Shown here in pieces: positions 51,314 through 63,500 of a DNA stretch of 64,000 nucleotides (within the stretch, counting starts at the first letter, position 1; the number at the start of each line of letters is the position of its first letter). The translations under genes and the position numbers were made by a program. Origin of the DNA: Mobula hypostoma (lineage: Eukaryota); contig NC_086097.1 in the NCBI RefSeq assembly GCF_963921235.1, positions 152,336,001 through 152,400,000 of the forward strand, in the 5' to 3' direction. The notes beneath the pieces are model-generated. The model had not been told where the DNA came from. It worked only from the letters and a program-made list of their open reading frames with translations, and did not search any database.

Positions 51314-54300
51314 CTTCAGCTTCATAGATGGAGAGCACAATCCAGTCAAAACCATGGAGAGCAAAACCATGGAAACACCAACTCTGTATAAACAATAGTG
51401 TACCTCTGTGCCTCTGATTACGTTTAAACATTGATTTTTGTGGATTGTGAGAATGATTTACAGAAGGACTTTCTGGGACCTGTAACCATCAACATAAAGC
51501 AATTTACAGTTTCATTGCAAAAAAGGAAATATTATATGCACTTTCGTTGTAAAAAAAAAGATAAACCTTGCAGCAGGATATCCTAATGGGATTATTATTA
51601 TGGAAATCAATATTGCAAGCAATTTATTTTATATTGGTACAAAGGCAAGTCGGTGGATGTATTTTGAATGCTTGAGTTACCACTGACATGTGTTTAGAAG
51701 CCAGTGCAAAAAAATTCTCTCAATTGTTGCTGATGCAAGAAATATATATGTTTACTCTACATACAAATTGGATTTCACCTTTTCTTGGTGCACTGAACAG
51801 TCATATGGGATCACTGAAAAAAACTGCTTACAGCTAAAGACACAAGCATAAGAAAATCTGTACATTTTTTTGACAGGATCTCACCTGACTCATCCAGCTG
51901 CAAACATTTTACTGGCAGAAATTTAAAGATAATGACAAAATGCTCATAATAAACACACATCAGCTTCATAGACACCTTAGAGAAGAATCAGGGTTTGCAG
52001 CAGAGGGGGAGAGTGCAAAATTCTTGCAACTTTGCATTCCCTCCCTTTCAATTTCATATCATCTTTTACCTCCTTTTGTCAAGCACAGACTATGCTGCTT
52101 TCTCATAGAATCATTCTATCTAATTAGGATTAATTCTTGCAGAATGTTATGGACTATTTCTTCAAATATTTGCCACCATTCATACAGAGCTCCTTGGACA
52201 ACTCCAATTTCATAACATTATAATCACTCTTATTTATATTCTGAACTAAGGTCTCAGTGCCCTGGTGCTCACACTCAAACCTGATCTGAAATTATATCAT
52301 ACTGTGATGGAAATTATATTATACTGTCTGCAAAGCACTAAACGCAGAAGGAGATTTTAAGCCTTATCCAATATTGGTATCTATGGGTACCCTCACTATA
52401 GGGAGATTATATTGTATCAATCAACTCTTCAAAGACTAGTTTACTTCGCTGTCTAGTCACTGCGGTGAGCTCTAGCTGCCAATATCCATTTGAATGGAGT
52501 GCTTCCCCTCCCTATCGAGGAGATACTTCCAGCTAGCTTAAGTAGTTTAAGTACAGTCTATTTTATGCTTCATGATCCATGTTTAAATTTAGACAAATAG
52601 TTCTTAACACACATTTAAAACTGACAGAGGAGTTCTGATTTATAAATGATTTCTGAATTACAAAAGATGCATAAACTACAAAGGATTTCCAAACACAGAT
52701 ACAATTCTTATGAGCTAAAAGAACATACCAACAAGCTGCAAATGAATATGTCGTCTGTCACAGAAACCCAAAAGTTGAGGAATTAATTCCAATTCTTCTT
52801 TCTGTCACCCCATCTTTTTGTCATTCTCCTTACCATTCCTAACACCCCCCCCCAATGCTTTCTAACATTTACACTGATTTGCTGCTAAATGACATTACGG
52901 GCATGTAATATTTTCAAATACTCTACCTTTGTTGGGACAAAGTAGTTCACACCAATAGTCTAAAAGCTTCTGGGGAAAGTGATGCCAAACACCCAAAATT
53001 AATGGTGTGAGGGCTAATTCTCTGAAAACATAAATATCCCAACTATCAATTGATCAGCTATACCTGTCACCATGTTTGATGTGTTAAGTGACAATATCAA
53101 TCTGGTTTGCAAGCTTCCTCGAACTCAGTCGTAATGGTGCAAATAACTGAGATAGTTTTATAGAGTAGTCAAATTAAGAAATCCCCATTGTCTTGTGTTA
53201 ACCTCATTGACCTCATTGTTTACTTGTTTATAACAGGAAGTTGAGCAGTAAGTATTGGTTAGAAGTTTAACTTTGACAAAAACAACTCTGACCCTTTAGG
53301 AAGGTCATGTTGCTGGGCTAGAAAGCTGAGGTCAGCAAAATGCCTCTCAGACCCTGCTAAATGAATATCCAGAACAATTGCAGTTACAACTTCCCAAGAA
53401 ATCTTTAACCTCAAGCTCTCTTATTAATCCCTTTTCATTATTCATGACAAAATCTTGAACAGCCTGTACCCATGTAGGTTCTGTACTGCTGTGTTCCGCA
53501 ATGCAGTCTTAGAAGCTCTTGCAATGCACTTATAATTTCTGTGGGTTGTGAGGGAAATAGATACTGCGCAATAGATAGTGATTTTGTTTGGTATATTAGA
53601 TACTTGGAAGGTAGTGCCAAATTCAGTTTCATTTTAGGCATGTTTTTACCCCGAAAAATTGCAGGTTTATACTGAAAAATTGATCCAGTTTCTTAGTGAT
53701 GTTTATTGTCTCCTTATTGGTTCCTGATATTGCTGCCTATCCTCATGACCCGAGTTCCTTTCCCTTGATGTTCTTTGCATTTCCTTTTAATGAGATATGT
53801 CCACGAACACTAAGTGCTGCACCAACCAACAAGTTATCAGTTGATTTATTTATTTATTTATTTTAAAACAGCACACTAGGTGTTGCAAAGGCCCAGGAGG
53901 GCATGCCTGATTCCATATGGGAAAAAAAATACAAGAGAAGACTACTGGGAATTGAGATCTTGCAATCAGGTCTCATACAATCAAATCTTTCTTTTATTGT
54001 TATATCCCTTAAGTCATGATATATTGGATAATGAAGGTAAACCTTTGATTGCTAACAAAAGGCTGTATTATCTCTCAAGAATCCAAGATGTTCCAATTAC
54101 TCAGATTAGGTTGCATCAGTAGAGTGTGAAACAAAGTTTACTTTTCAAATTGATATCCTTTCCTTGCAACTTTTTTTTTATTTTGCATGTAGTCATCGTC
54201 TGACTAAATTATGTTGATCCAGGCATTAAGGAGAACAACATAGTTTGGTCTCATATCTCATCCTGAAGACATTGTCAAGGTGGCAATCAGCTCATGTCCT

Positions 54301-55321
54301 TAATTCTCTAAAATAGACTCAACCCATGAATTACGGATTCAAATGCAAAAAAAATTACCATTTCACAAAACTATTCAGAACACTGAAGTTATTTCCCATT
54401 GCCTTCTTCAGTTGCAGTGTCCAAACTGGACAGGTAATACTGGCCATTGATCAGCAGGTTCACCTGCCCAGTGTTTTTAGTTTTACAACCATAAATTCTA
54501 ATTGTAGAATCTGCTTGTAAAACCATCCACCACCTGCAAGCCATGGCTTCACGTGACCCTGATTGGGAGGCTAACAGGCACTACACCTTGCCCAAGGGCG
54601 ACCTGTAGGCTATTGGACGGAAAGAGCACCTTACACCTCCTTTTGCTGAGCAATTGCACAGCACTGACAACAGGAAACCACTTCAGTATTCCTCCCTTGT
54701 ACAATCATGAACTCAAATCAACTAGTCTCAGCTCAAAGATGTGAATGGAGCCTTCACAGAAGGAGCCTCATCCGGTAGAGGAACTCATGCATCACAGGTG
54801 AACCTCGACCGTTATCCAGCGACTGTCAGCAGATTAAAAGCAAAGAAGATCAGACTAGCAACCTGGAATGTAAGAACGCTTAACCAACCTGGTAAACTAA
54901 ACACCAACAGGAAATGGAAAAATTAAAAATCAACATCTTGGGAATGTGCCAGATGAGGTGGAAAGGAACTCTAAGGGATATACCATTATTTACTCAGGAG
55001 AAGTACATGAAAAAGGTGTTGGAATTATGTTAGATGAAGAACATGCAAAATCAATAAAAGGCTATTGGACAATATCAGATCAAATGTTACTTCTGAAACT
55101 ACATGCAAAACCTTTTGATATTAACATTGTTCAAGTTTATGACCCAACAGCAGACACTAGTGAGGAAAGCATCGATCAATTTTATGACGAGCTAGAAACA
55201 GCATTAAGACAATGTAACAATTTAGAAAATACCATTATTCAAGGTGACTTCAACGCAAAAGTAGGCAAGACCAGGGACGAGGACAATATTGGGCATTACG
55301 GCATAGGTGAGAGAAATGAAA

Positions 55322-55511
55322 CATAGAAACATAGAAAATAGGTGCAGGAGTAGGCCATTCGACCCTTCGAGCCTGCACCGCCATTTATTATGATCATGGC
55401 TGATCATCCAACTCAGAACCCCGCCCCAGCCTTCCCACCATACTCCCTGACCCCCGTAGCCACAAGGGCCATATCTAACTCCCTCTTAAATATAGCCAAT
55501 GAACTGGCCTC
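55322..55511 (-). mobile_element. Young CR1 3' end inserted in the RTE
   Basis: Tail catagaaacatagaaa. 4-bp TSD gaaa (55318-55321 and 55512-55515). Removal restores GERNERGEQL. Confidence 0.88.
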
Positions 55512-56619
55512 GAAAGAGGTGAACAACTAGCTACTTGAGTCACAGAAAAAGATTATACAATTGGTAATACCATCTTCAAGCAACACCCAAGAAAACTATG
55601 GATATGGAAGAGGCCAGGGAATAACACCAGAAACCAGACTGATAATGTGCTTATAAGGAGAAGGTATAGAAATGCTCTGAAATCATGCAAAACATATCCG
55701 AGTGCAGACTGCCACAGTGATCACGTATCAATAATCAGCGTGATGTACCTGAGACTCAGAAAGCTCAAAAGCTGTATTTGAGACTTTTGACAAAAAATAG
55801 TGACATCAAAAATGAATTCCAAATAACAGTGAAGAAAAAATTCAAGGCTCTACAAAACATCACTATTATAGAGCAGCAATGGGAAAACCTCAGAGACAGC
55901 ATAACACAAGCAGAACAGGAGGTGATTTCCAAACAACAGAAAAACGCTGAAAAGAAATGGATGGGAGAAGAAATTCTGAATCTTATGGAACAAAGAAGAA
56001 AATGTAAGGAAAGCAAAAAAGTCTACGTATCCTTGCATGCAGAGATAACAACCAAGTGCAAGGAAGCAAAAGAAAAGTGGCTTAAGGACAAATGTGAGTT
56101 AATAGAACAATTACAGAAGACCATCAACAGCAAACGTATTCACAACGAGATCAGAGAGGCCACAAATCGGAAGAAAAGCGGGGCAACAACAGGATGTCTA
56201 AAAGCAAAATACAGCTCTACTATTATGGATAAAGGAAAAATAATGCAAAGATGGTCAGAATATATCAAAGACCTATACGACGATAAAGACCAAGAGGACA
56301 ACTTTGATATTGCCAGAGGGCCCAGCAATACTGAAAGAAGTGGAACATGCTAGGAAGAAAAGGCAAAAGGGGAAGTCATCAGGACCAGATAACATTCTGG
56401 TTGAACTGTATGAAGCGCTAGAAGATTTTGGTGTAGAGAAATTAACAATCTTATTGAATAGAATATACAAGTGGCAAAGTACCAGAATATCTTTTAAAGA
56501 CAGTATTCATTGCGCTGCCAAAGAAACCAGGTGCAACAGAGTGTGGACAACACAGAACAATTAGTTTAATGAGCCACCTCACAAAAATTCTACATAGAAT
56601 CATCATGCTCAGAATAAGA

Positions 56620-56986
56620 TCATCATTAAAGACCCCTCACACCCTCTCCATGAACTGTTTGTTCTTCTGCCATCAGGCAAACGTTACAGGAGCATCAAAA
56701 CTAAAACCACAAGGCTACTAAATGGCTTCCTCCCACAGGCAGTCAGACTGCTAAATAGCTGCTCTGCCTGACTCTGCTTTGGACACTTAACTTGCACTGG
56801 ACACTTATAATTGATTTTAACTGACATGTAGCCGTTGTGTTTTACTATTTATTGTTATGTTTATTATTTAGTGTTGCACTTGTTATGTTATGATTACACT
56901 GCCCCTGAGAAACGCTGTCTCATTCTGCCCTGCAGAGCTGATGTATGGTTAGAATGGCAATAAAGTTTTTTGAATCTTTAATCTTG
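56620..56986 (+). mobile_element. Rex1/Babar 3' end inserted in the RTE
   Basis: IIKDPSHPLHELFVLLPSGKRYRSIKTKTTRLLNGFLPQAVRLLN. AATAAA plus an (AATCTT)n-like tail. TSD aaga (56616-56619 and 56987-56990). Removal restores MLRIRNKIKPEISEE. Confidence 0.9.
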
Positions 56987-59033
56987 AAGAAACAAAATTA
57001 AACCAGAGATCAGTGAAGAATAGTGCGACTTTGTCGAAGGCAAGGGAACATCAAACGCCACTTATACTCCCAGGAATATTATTGAAAGGTCAATAGAAGT
57101 ACAACAAGATCTATAATTCTGTTTCATTGACTACACAAAAGCCTTTGACACAGTGAAACACCAAGTCATCATGAAAATGCTTAAAGGTATTAATATCGGC
57201 AGAAAAGATTTAAGAATAATCAGGAATCTCTACTGGCAACAAAGTGCAGCCATATGGGTAGACAACGAGATTGGTGAATATCAGCCAATAAAGCGAGGAG
57301 TCAGACAGGATCGTGTTCTATCACTACCTGTTCTCCCTGTACAGTAAAAACATCATGAGAACCATACAAGACCTATCTGGAATAAGTATAGGAGGATACA
57401 ATATCAACAACCTCCGCTATGTGAATGATACAGTACTGATAGCATACAGTGAAGTAAATTTACAGAAACTAGTACCTACCATCAACACAGACTGAAAGAC
57501 TTGGCCTAACCTTAAACAAAAAGAAAACTGAAGTAATGGTAATATCAAAGAAACCTGACATCCCAAACTGTAGGATCGTATTGGGAAATGAAATCCTGAA
57601 ACAAGTTCACAACTTCAAGCACCTTGGATCATGGGTAACATCTGATGGCAAATGCGAAACAGACATAAAAGCAAGAATAACAATGGCAAGAACAGCATTC
57701 ACAGAAATGAGAAACATCATAACGAACAAGAAAATAGCAATTGACATCCGCTTTAGAACTCTCAGCTGCTTCATTCTTCCTATACAGATGTATGGCTACG
57801 AGTCATGGACCATCACAAATGCAATGGAAAATGAATCAATGCAGCAGAGATGTGGTTCCTCAGAAGAATGCTATGCATATCATATACGGACAGGATAACC
57901 AACGAAGAAGTTCTGCAGAGAACGAAAACAAAACGCACATTACTTAAAAAAAATCAGAAAACAGCAATCAAAATTCTTTGGACACATCATGCGCAGAGAG
58001 ACATTGGAACTTTTAGTTACAACTGGAAAGCTGGAAGGAAAAAGGAGCAGAAGGAGACAGAGAATAAAAATGATAGATGGAATAACATCATAGTTAGAAA
58101 GAGAGGAGGCAACAACAACAATTCGGAGGGTCAGGGACCATGATGGATGGAGAGACATGATCGCCCACGCCGAACGGCAAGGCACCTGAATGAATGAATG
58201 AATTCAGAACACAGTAGAGTACCCTCTTGGCTTCCTGACTATCAGCAGGGTGTAAATCAATAACACAGAAACAATCATTTCAATTAGTGTTAGATGCTGT
58301 TTTAATCTTAAAATGCGTATAATCTTTTGTGTCATGGTTTGGGATGTCTTGTAAGGCAGTTCCAAATACATTTATTCTATACTCCCTTATACATTTGAAC
58401 TTAAGCATCATTATGTCATTGATGGTTGCTTGAATATATATAGTAGTTTCAGGTTATAATCCACTTCTGAAATACATCCTCATTGACTTTAATGGAATCA
58501 AATATTAGAGGCTGAGAATTTATTTGGTTCATTGAACTGAATTTCTGTTCAATGTGAAACACAAGATTTTGATAATGATATATTCAGCACTGCTAATATA
58601 CTTGAATCTAAAGAGACATGGTTAGATATCTGGAAGAAAAGCAAACTGCTGGACGAGTTCAGAGGGTCAGGCAGTATACATAAATGTTGTGGCCAGGATC
58701 CTTCCTCTGTACTGAGAGGCTAGAGGGGTGATAATCAGTATACAGTAGAGGGGGAAAGGTAAGGCAGGTGCTGGCAAGTGATAGGTGAGGTGGGTGGATT
58801 GGTAGATAGATAGTTCAGGGAGCAAAGTCGGGAAGTAATAGTAGAGGCTGATAGGTGATAAATGGAGGCAACAATATGATGCTGGTGATGGGAATCTGAC
58901 AAGAAAGGAAGACAGGGCATGGAACCAAATAACTGTGGTAGTGTGGACTGATGGGAACAATAGGAGTGAGAACCCTACAGGAGGAATGTGTGGGTGACAG
59001 TCAGATGGAGGGGAAAGAAACTGGGTGACGGGT

Positions 59034-59552
59034 ACAACAACAAACAACAGGAACTCTGCAGATGCTGGAAATTCAAGCAACACACATCAAAGTTGCTGGT
59101 GAACGCAGCAGGCCAGGCAGCACCTATAGGAAGAGGCGCAGTCGACATTTCAGGCCGAGACCCTTCGTCAGGACTAACTGAAGGAAGAGTGAGTAAGGGA
59201 TTTGAAAGCTGGAGGGGGAGGGGGAGATGCAAAATGATAGGAGAAGACAGGAGGGGGAGGGATAGAGCCGAGAGCTGGACAGGTGATAGGCAGAAGGGGA
59301 TACGAGAGGATCATGGGACAGGAGGTCCGGGAAGAAAGACGGGGGGGGGGGGTGACCCAGAGGATGGGCAAGAGGTATATTCAGAGGGACAGAGGGAGAA
59401 AAAGGAGAGTGAGAGAAAGAATGTGTGCATAAAAAAGAGTAACAGATGGGGTACGAGGGGAAGGTGGGGCCTAGCGGAAGTTAGAGAAGTCAATGTTCAT
59501 GCCATCAGGTTGGAGGCTACCCATACGGAATATAAGGTGTTGTTCCTCCAAC
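59034..59552 (-). mobile_element. Young Penelope family A 3' fragment inserted into the older copy
   Basis: 13-bp TSD ctgggtgacgggt (59021-59033 and 59553-59565). Minus strand encodes RLEEQHLIFRMGSLQPDGMNIDFSNFR*. Confidence 0.92.
59139..59176 (-). ncRNA. Minimal type I hammerhead ribozyme, near intact
   Basis: Minus strand: tagtc CTGACGA agg gtctcgg cct GAAA TG TC^ gactg. The stem III palindrome ACGU has become AUGU. Confidence 0.75.
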
Positions 59553-60039
59553 CTGGGTGACGGGTGACAGGGTGAGAAGAAACTGGGTGGGAGTGTTAGA
59601 AAGAAGGGTGCATGGAGGACACCTTGTGTATGCTAGAAGGAGAGAGAATGGAAAAGAAGGGAGGAAAGTTGCTGAAATTGAAAAATTCAAATTTCATGCT
59701 ATTGCGTTGTAAACCACCTAGATGGGATATGAGGTTCTTCTGGTTTGTGTTTGGCCTCACCCAGACAATGGAGGAAGCCGAGGATTGACAGGTTGGTGTG
59801 CAAATGGGATGGAGAATTAATGCAAATTGCAGGTGTGAGTTCCAGCCTACAGATGGCTGTAGCGGAAAGAGCACAGGTGCCCAGCAGAACACGTGCACAA
59901 TGTAGAACACCACACTCAAAAGACAAGGTTGGAAGTGGGCATTTGAAAGTCTGCATCAGCTGGAGGGAGGTGGTGGAGGGGCAGGTATTATAGCCCCCTG
60001 TGGTTGCAAGGGAAACTGCTAAGGGAGGGAAAGGTCTAA

Positions 60040-60235
60040 TCACAAACAAGAGAAAATCTACAGATGATGGAAATCTAAGCTTCACGCACAAAATGATGGA
60101 GCTTGGCAGGCCAGGCAGCATCACTGGAAAAGGGTAAACAGTTAATTTTTCGGCCAAGACCCTTCAGCAGGACACAACAGACCTGCTGAAGGGTTCTCGG
60201 CCCGAAATGTCAAGTGTACCCTTTTCTATAGATTC
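60040..60235. mobile_element. Fold-back pair of Penelope pseudo-LTR ends
   Basis: 60126-60171 and 60182-60227 are imperfect inverted repeats. Each has a hammerhead-like core CTGCTGA...CGAAA. Confidence 0.75.
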
Positions 60236-60238
60236 TAC

Positions 60239-60412
60239 GAGGGGGGGGAGAGAGAGAGGGGGGGAGAGAGAGGGGGGGAGAGGGGGAGAGAGGGGGAGAG
60301 AGGGGGAGAGAGGGGGGGAGGAGGGGGAGAGAGGGGGAGAGAGGGGGAGAGAGGGGAGAGAGGGGGGGGAGAGAGGGGGGGGGAGAGAGGGGGAGGGAGG
60401 GGGGGGGGGGAG

Positions 60413-60444
<32 letters not shown>

Positions 60445-60537
60445 AGAGAGGGGGGGAGGAGGGAGGGAGGGGGGGAGGGGGGGAGGGGGGGAGAGGGGGG
60501 AGGGGGGGGGGGGGGGGGGGAGGGGGGGGGGGGGGGG

Positions 60538-60571
<34 letters not shown>

Positions 60572-63500
60572 GGGGGGAGAGGGGGGGGGGGGAGGGGGGG
60601 GAGAGGGGGGGAGGGGGAGAGGGGGGGGGGAGGGAGGGAGAGGGGGGAGGGGGGGGGGGGGAGGGGGAGGGGGGGGGGGGAGGGAGGGGGGGGAGAGAGG
60701 GGGGGAGGGGGGGGGGGGGGGGGGGAGAGGGGGGGAGGGGGGAGGGGGGGGGGGGGGGGAGGGGGGAGAGAGGGAGGGAGAGAGGGGGAGGGAGGGGGGG
60801 GAGGGGGGGGGAGAGAGGGGGAGGAGGGGGGAGAGGGGGGGGAGAGAGGGGGGGGAGAGAGGGGAGGGAGAGGGGGGGGGAGGGGGGGAGGGGGAGAGAG
60901 GGAGGGGGGGGGAGGGAGAGGGGGAGGGGGGGGGGGAGGGAGGGGGGAGAGGGGGAGGGGAGAGGGGGGGGGAGGGGGGGAGAGAGGGGGGGGGAGGAGG
61001 GGGGGGGGGGGGAGGAGGGGGAGGGAGGGGGGGGGAGAGAGGGGGGAGAGGAGGGAGGGGGGGGAGGGGGGGAGAGAGGGGGGAGAGAGGGGGAGAGGGG
61101 GGAGAGAGGAGGGAGAGAGGGGGAGGGAGAGGGGGAGAGGGGGGGAGAGGGGGAGAGAGGGGGGGAGAGAGAGGGAGGGAGGGGGAGAGGGAGGGGGGAG
61201 GGGGGAGGGGGGAGGGGGGGAGAGAGGGGGGGGAGGGGGGGGGGGGGGGGGAGGGGGGGGGGGGGGGGAGAGGGGGGGAGGGGGGAGGGGGGGGGGGGGG
61301 GGGGGAGGGAGGGGGGGGGGAGGGGGGAGAGGGGGGGGAGAGGGGGGAGAGGGGGGAGAGGAGGGGAGAGAGGGGGGAGAGGGGGGAGGGAGGGGGGGGG
61401 AGGGGGGAGAGAGGGGGGAGGGGAGGGGGGGAGAGGGGGGAGGAGGGGAGGGGGGAGGGAGGGAGAGAGAGGGGGGGAGAGAGAGGGGGGAGGGAGGGGG
61501 GGGAGAGGAGGGGGGAGGGGGGGGGGGGGGGAGGGGGGGAGAGGAGGGGGGGGGGGAGGGAGGGGGAGAGAGGAGGGAGGAGGGAGGGGGGGGGGAGGGG
61601 GGGGAGAGAGAGGGGGAGAGAGAGGGGGGGGGAGAGAGAGGGGGAGAGGGGGAGAGAGAGGGGGAGAGAGAGGGGGAGAGAGAGGGGGGGAGAGAGAGGG
61701 GGAGAGAGAGGGGGGAGAGAGGGGGAGAGAGAGGGGGGGGAGAGAGGGGGGAGAGAGGGGGAGAGAGGGGGGGGGAGAGAGGGGGGAGAGAGGGGGGAGA
61801 GAGAGGGGGGAGAGAGGGGAGAGAGAGAGAGGGGGAGAAGGAGGGAGGGGGAGAGAGGGAGGGGGGAGAGGGGGGGAGGGAGAGAGGGAGGGGAGAGAGA
61901 GGGGGGGGAGAGAGGGGGAGAGGGGGGAGGAGGGGGAGAGAGGGGGGGGGAGGGGAGAGAGGGGGAGGGGGAGGGAGGGGAGGAGAGAGGGGGAGAGAGG
62001 GGGAGAGAGGGGGAGAGAGGGGAGAGAGGGGAGAGAGGGGAGAGAGGGGAGAGGGAGAGAGGGGGGGAGGGAGAGAGGGGGAGGGGGGGAGAGGGGGGAG
62101 AGGGGGGGAGAGGGAGAGGGGGAGAGGGAGGGGGGGAGAGGGAGGGGGGAGAGGGAGGGGGGAGGGAGGGGGAGAGGAGGGAGGGAGAGGAGGGGGGAGA
62201 GAGAGGGGGGAGGAGGGAGGGGGAGAGAGAGGGGGGAGAGAGGAGGGGGGGAGAGGGGGGGGAGAGAGGGGGGAGAGAGAGGGGGGAGAGAGGGGGAGAG
62301 AGGGAGGGGGGGAGAGAGGGGGGGAGAGAGAGGGGGAGAGAGAGGGGGGGGGGAGGGGGGGAGAGAGAGAGGGGGGAGAGAGAGGGGGAGAGAGAGGGGG
62401 AGAGAGAGGGGGAGAGAGGGGGGGAGAGGGGGGGGAGAGGGGGGAGAGAGGGGAGAGGGGGGGGAGAGGGGGGGGAGGGGGGAGAGGGGGAGAGGGGGGA
62501 GGGGGGGAGAGGGGGGAGGGGGGGGAGAGGGGGGGGGGGGGAGGGGAGGGGGGGAGAGGGGGGAGAGAGGGGAGAGAGGGGGAGAGAGGGGGGAGAGAGG
62601 GGGGGGAGGGGGGAGAGAGAGGGGGGGGGAGAGGGGAGGGAGGGGGGAGAGGAGGGAGAGGGGGGGGAGGGGGAGAGGGGGGAGAGGGGGGAGGGGGAGG
62701 GAGAGGAGGGAGAGAGGGGGGAGAGAGGGAGAGAGAGGGGGGGGAGAGGGGGGAGAGAGAGGGGGGAGAGAGAGGGGGAGGGAGAGGGGGAGAGAGGGGG
62801 AGAGAGGGGGGGGAGAGAGGGAGGGGGAGAGAGGGAGGGAGAGAGGAGGGAGAGAGGGAGGGGAGGGAGAGAGGAGGGGGAGAGAGGAGGGAGAGAGAGG
62901 GGGGGAGAGGAGGGGGGAGAGAGGGGGAGAGAGGGGGGAGAGGGGGAGAGAGGGGAGAGAGGGGAGAGAGGGGGGAGAGAGAGGGGGAGAGAGGGGGAGA
63001 GAGGAGGGAGAGAGGGGGAGAGAGAGGGGGAGAGAGGGGGAGAGGGGGGAGAGGGGGGAGAGGGGGGGAGGGGGAGAGGGGGGGAGAGGGGGGAGAGGGA
63101 GGGAGAGGGGGGGGGAGAGGGGGGAGAGGGGGAGAGAGGGGGGGGGAGAGGGGGGGGGAGAGGGGGAGAGAGGGGAGAGAGGGAGAGAGGGGGAGGGGGG
63201 AGGGGGGAGAGAGGGAGGAGGGGGGGGAGAGGGGGGGGGGGGAGGGGGGGGGGGGAGGGGGAGGGGGGAGAGGGGGGAGAGGGGGGGGGGGAGAGGGGGG
63301 GAGAGGGGAGGGGGGAGGGGGGAGAGAGGGGGGAGAGGGGGGGAGAGGGGGGGGGAGAGGGGGAGGAGGGAGAGAGGGGGAGAGAGGGGGAGAGAGGGGG
63401 GGAGGAGAGGGGAGGGAGGGAGGAGGGGAGGGGAGAGAGGGGGGGAGAGAGGGGGAGAGAGAGGAGGGAGAGAGGGGGGGAGGGAGGGGGAGAGGGGGGG

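Larger units (their letters stand above)
54741..58189 (+). pseudogene. RTE ORF: APE endonuclease plus reverse transcriptase, many stops and frameshifts
   Basis: RLATWNVRTL, GVGIML, IVQVYDPT, GDFNAKVG, ADCHSDH, KSSGPDNI, HRTISLMSH, CFIDYTKAFDTV, RGVRQ, NNLRYVNDT (YADD mutated) and C-terminus WRDMIAHAERQGT*. Confidence 0.9.
54384..58201 (+). mobile_element. RTE-clade LINE (BovB-like), apparently full length, inactivated
   Basis: 11-bp TSD attcagaacac (54373-54383 and 58202-58212). (TGAA)n tail at 58187-58201. Single APE-RT frame. Confidence 0.9.
58636..60020 (-). mobile_element. Older Penelope family A fragment (GIY-YIG C-terminus plus pseudo-LTR)
   Basis: Minus strand reads INSPSHLHTNLSILGFLHCLGEAKHKPEE and HLGGLQRNSMKFEFFNF (59670-59830). 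Eroded terminus at 58636-58715. Confidence 0.75.

Noticed and set aside
58988..59560. 190-aa + strand ORF as a host gene
   Set aside because: It is the antisense reading of a purine-rich Penelope UTR. The meaningful frame is the minus-strand GIY-YIG tail.
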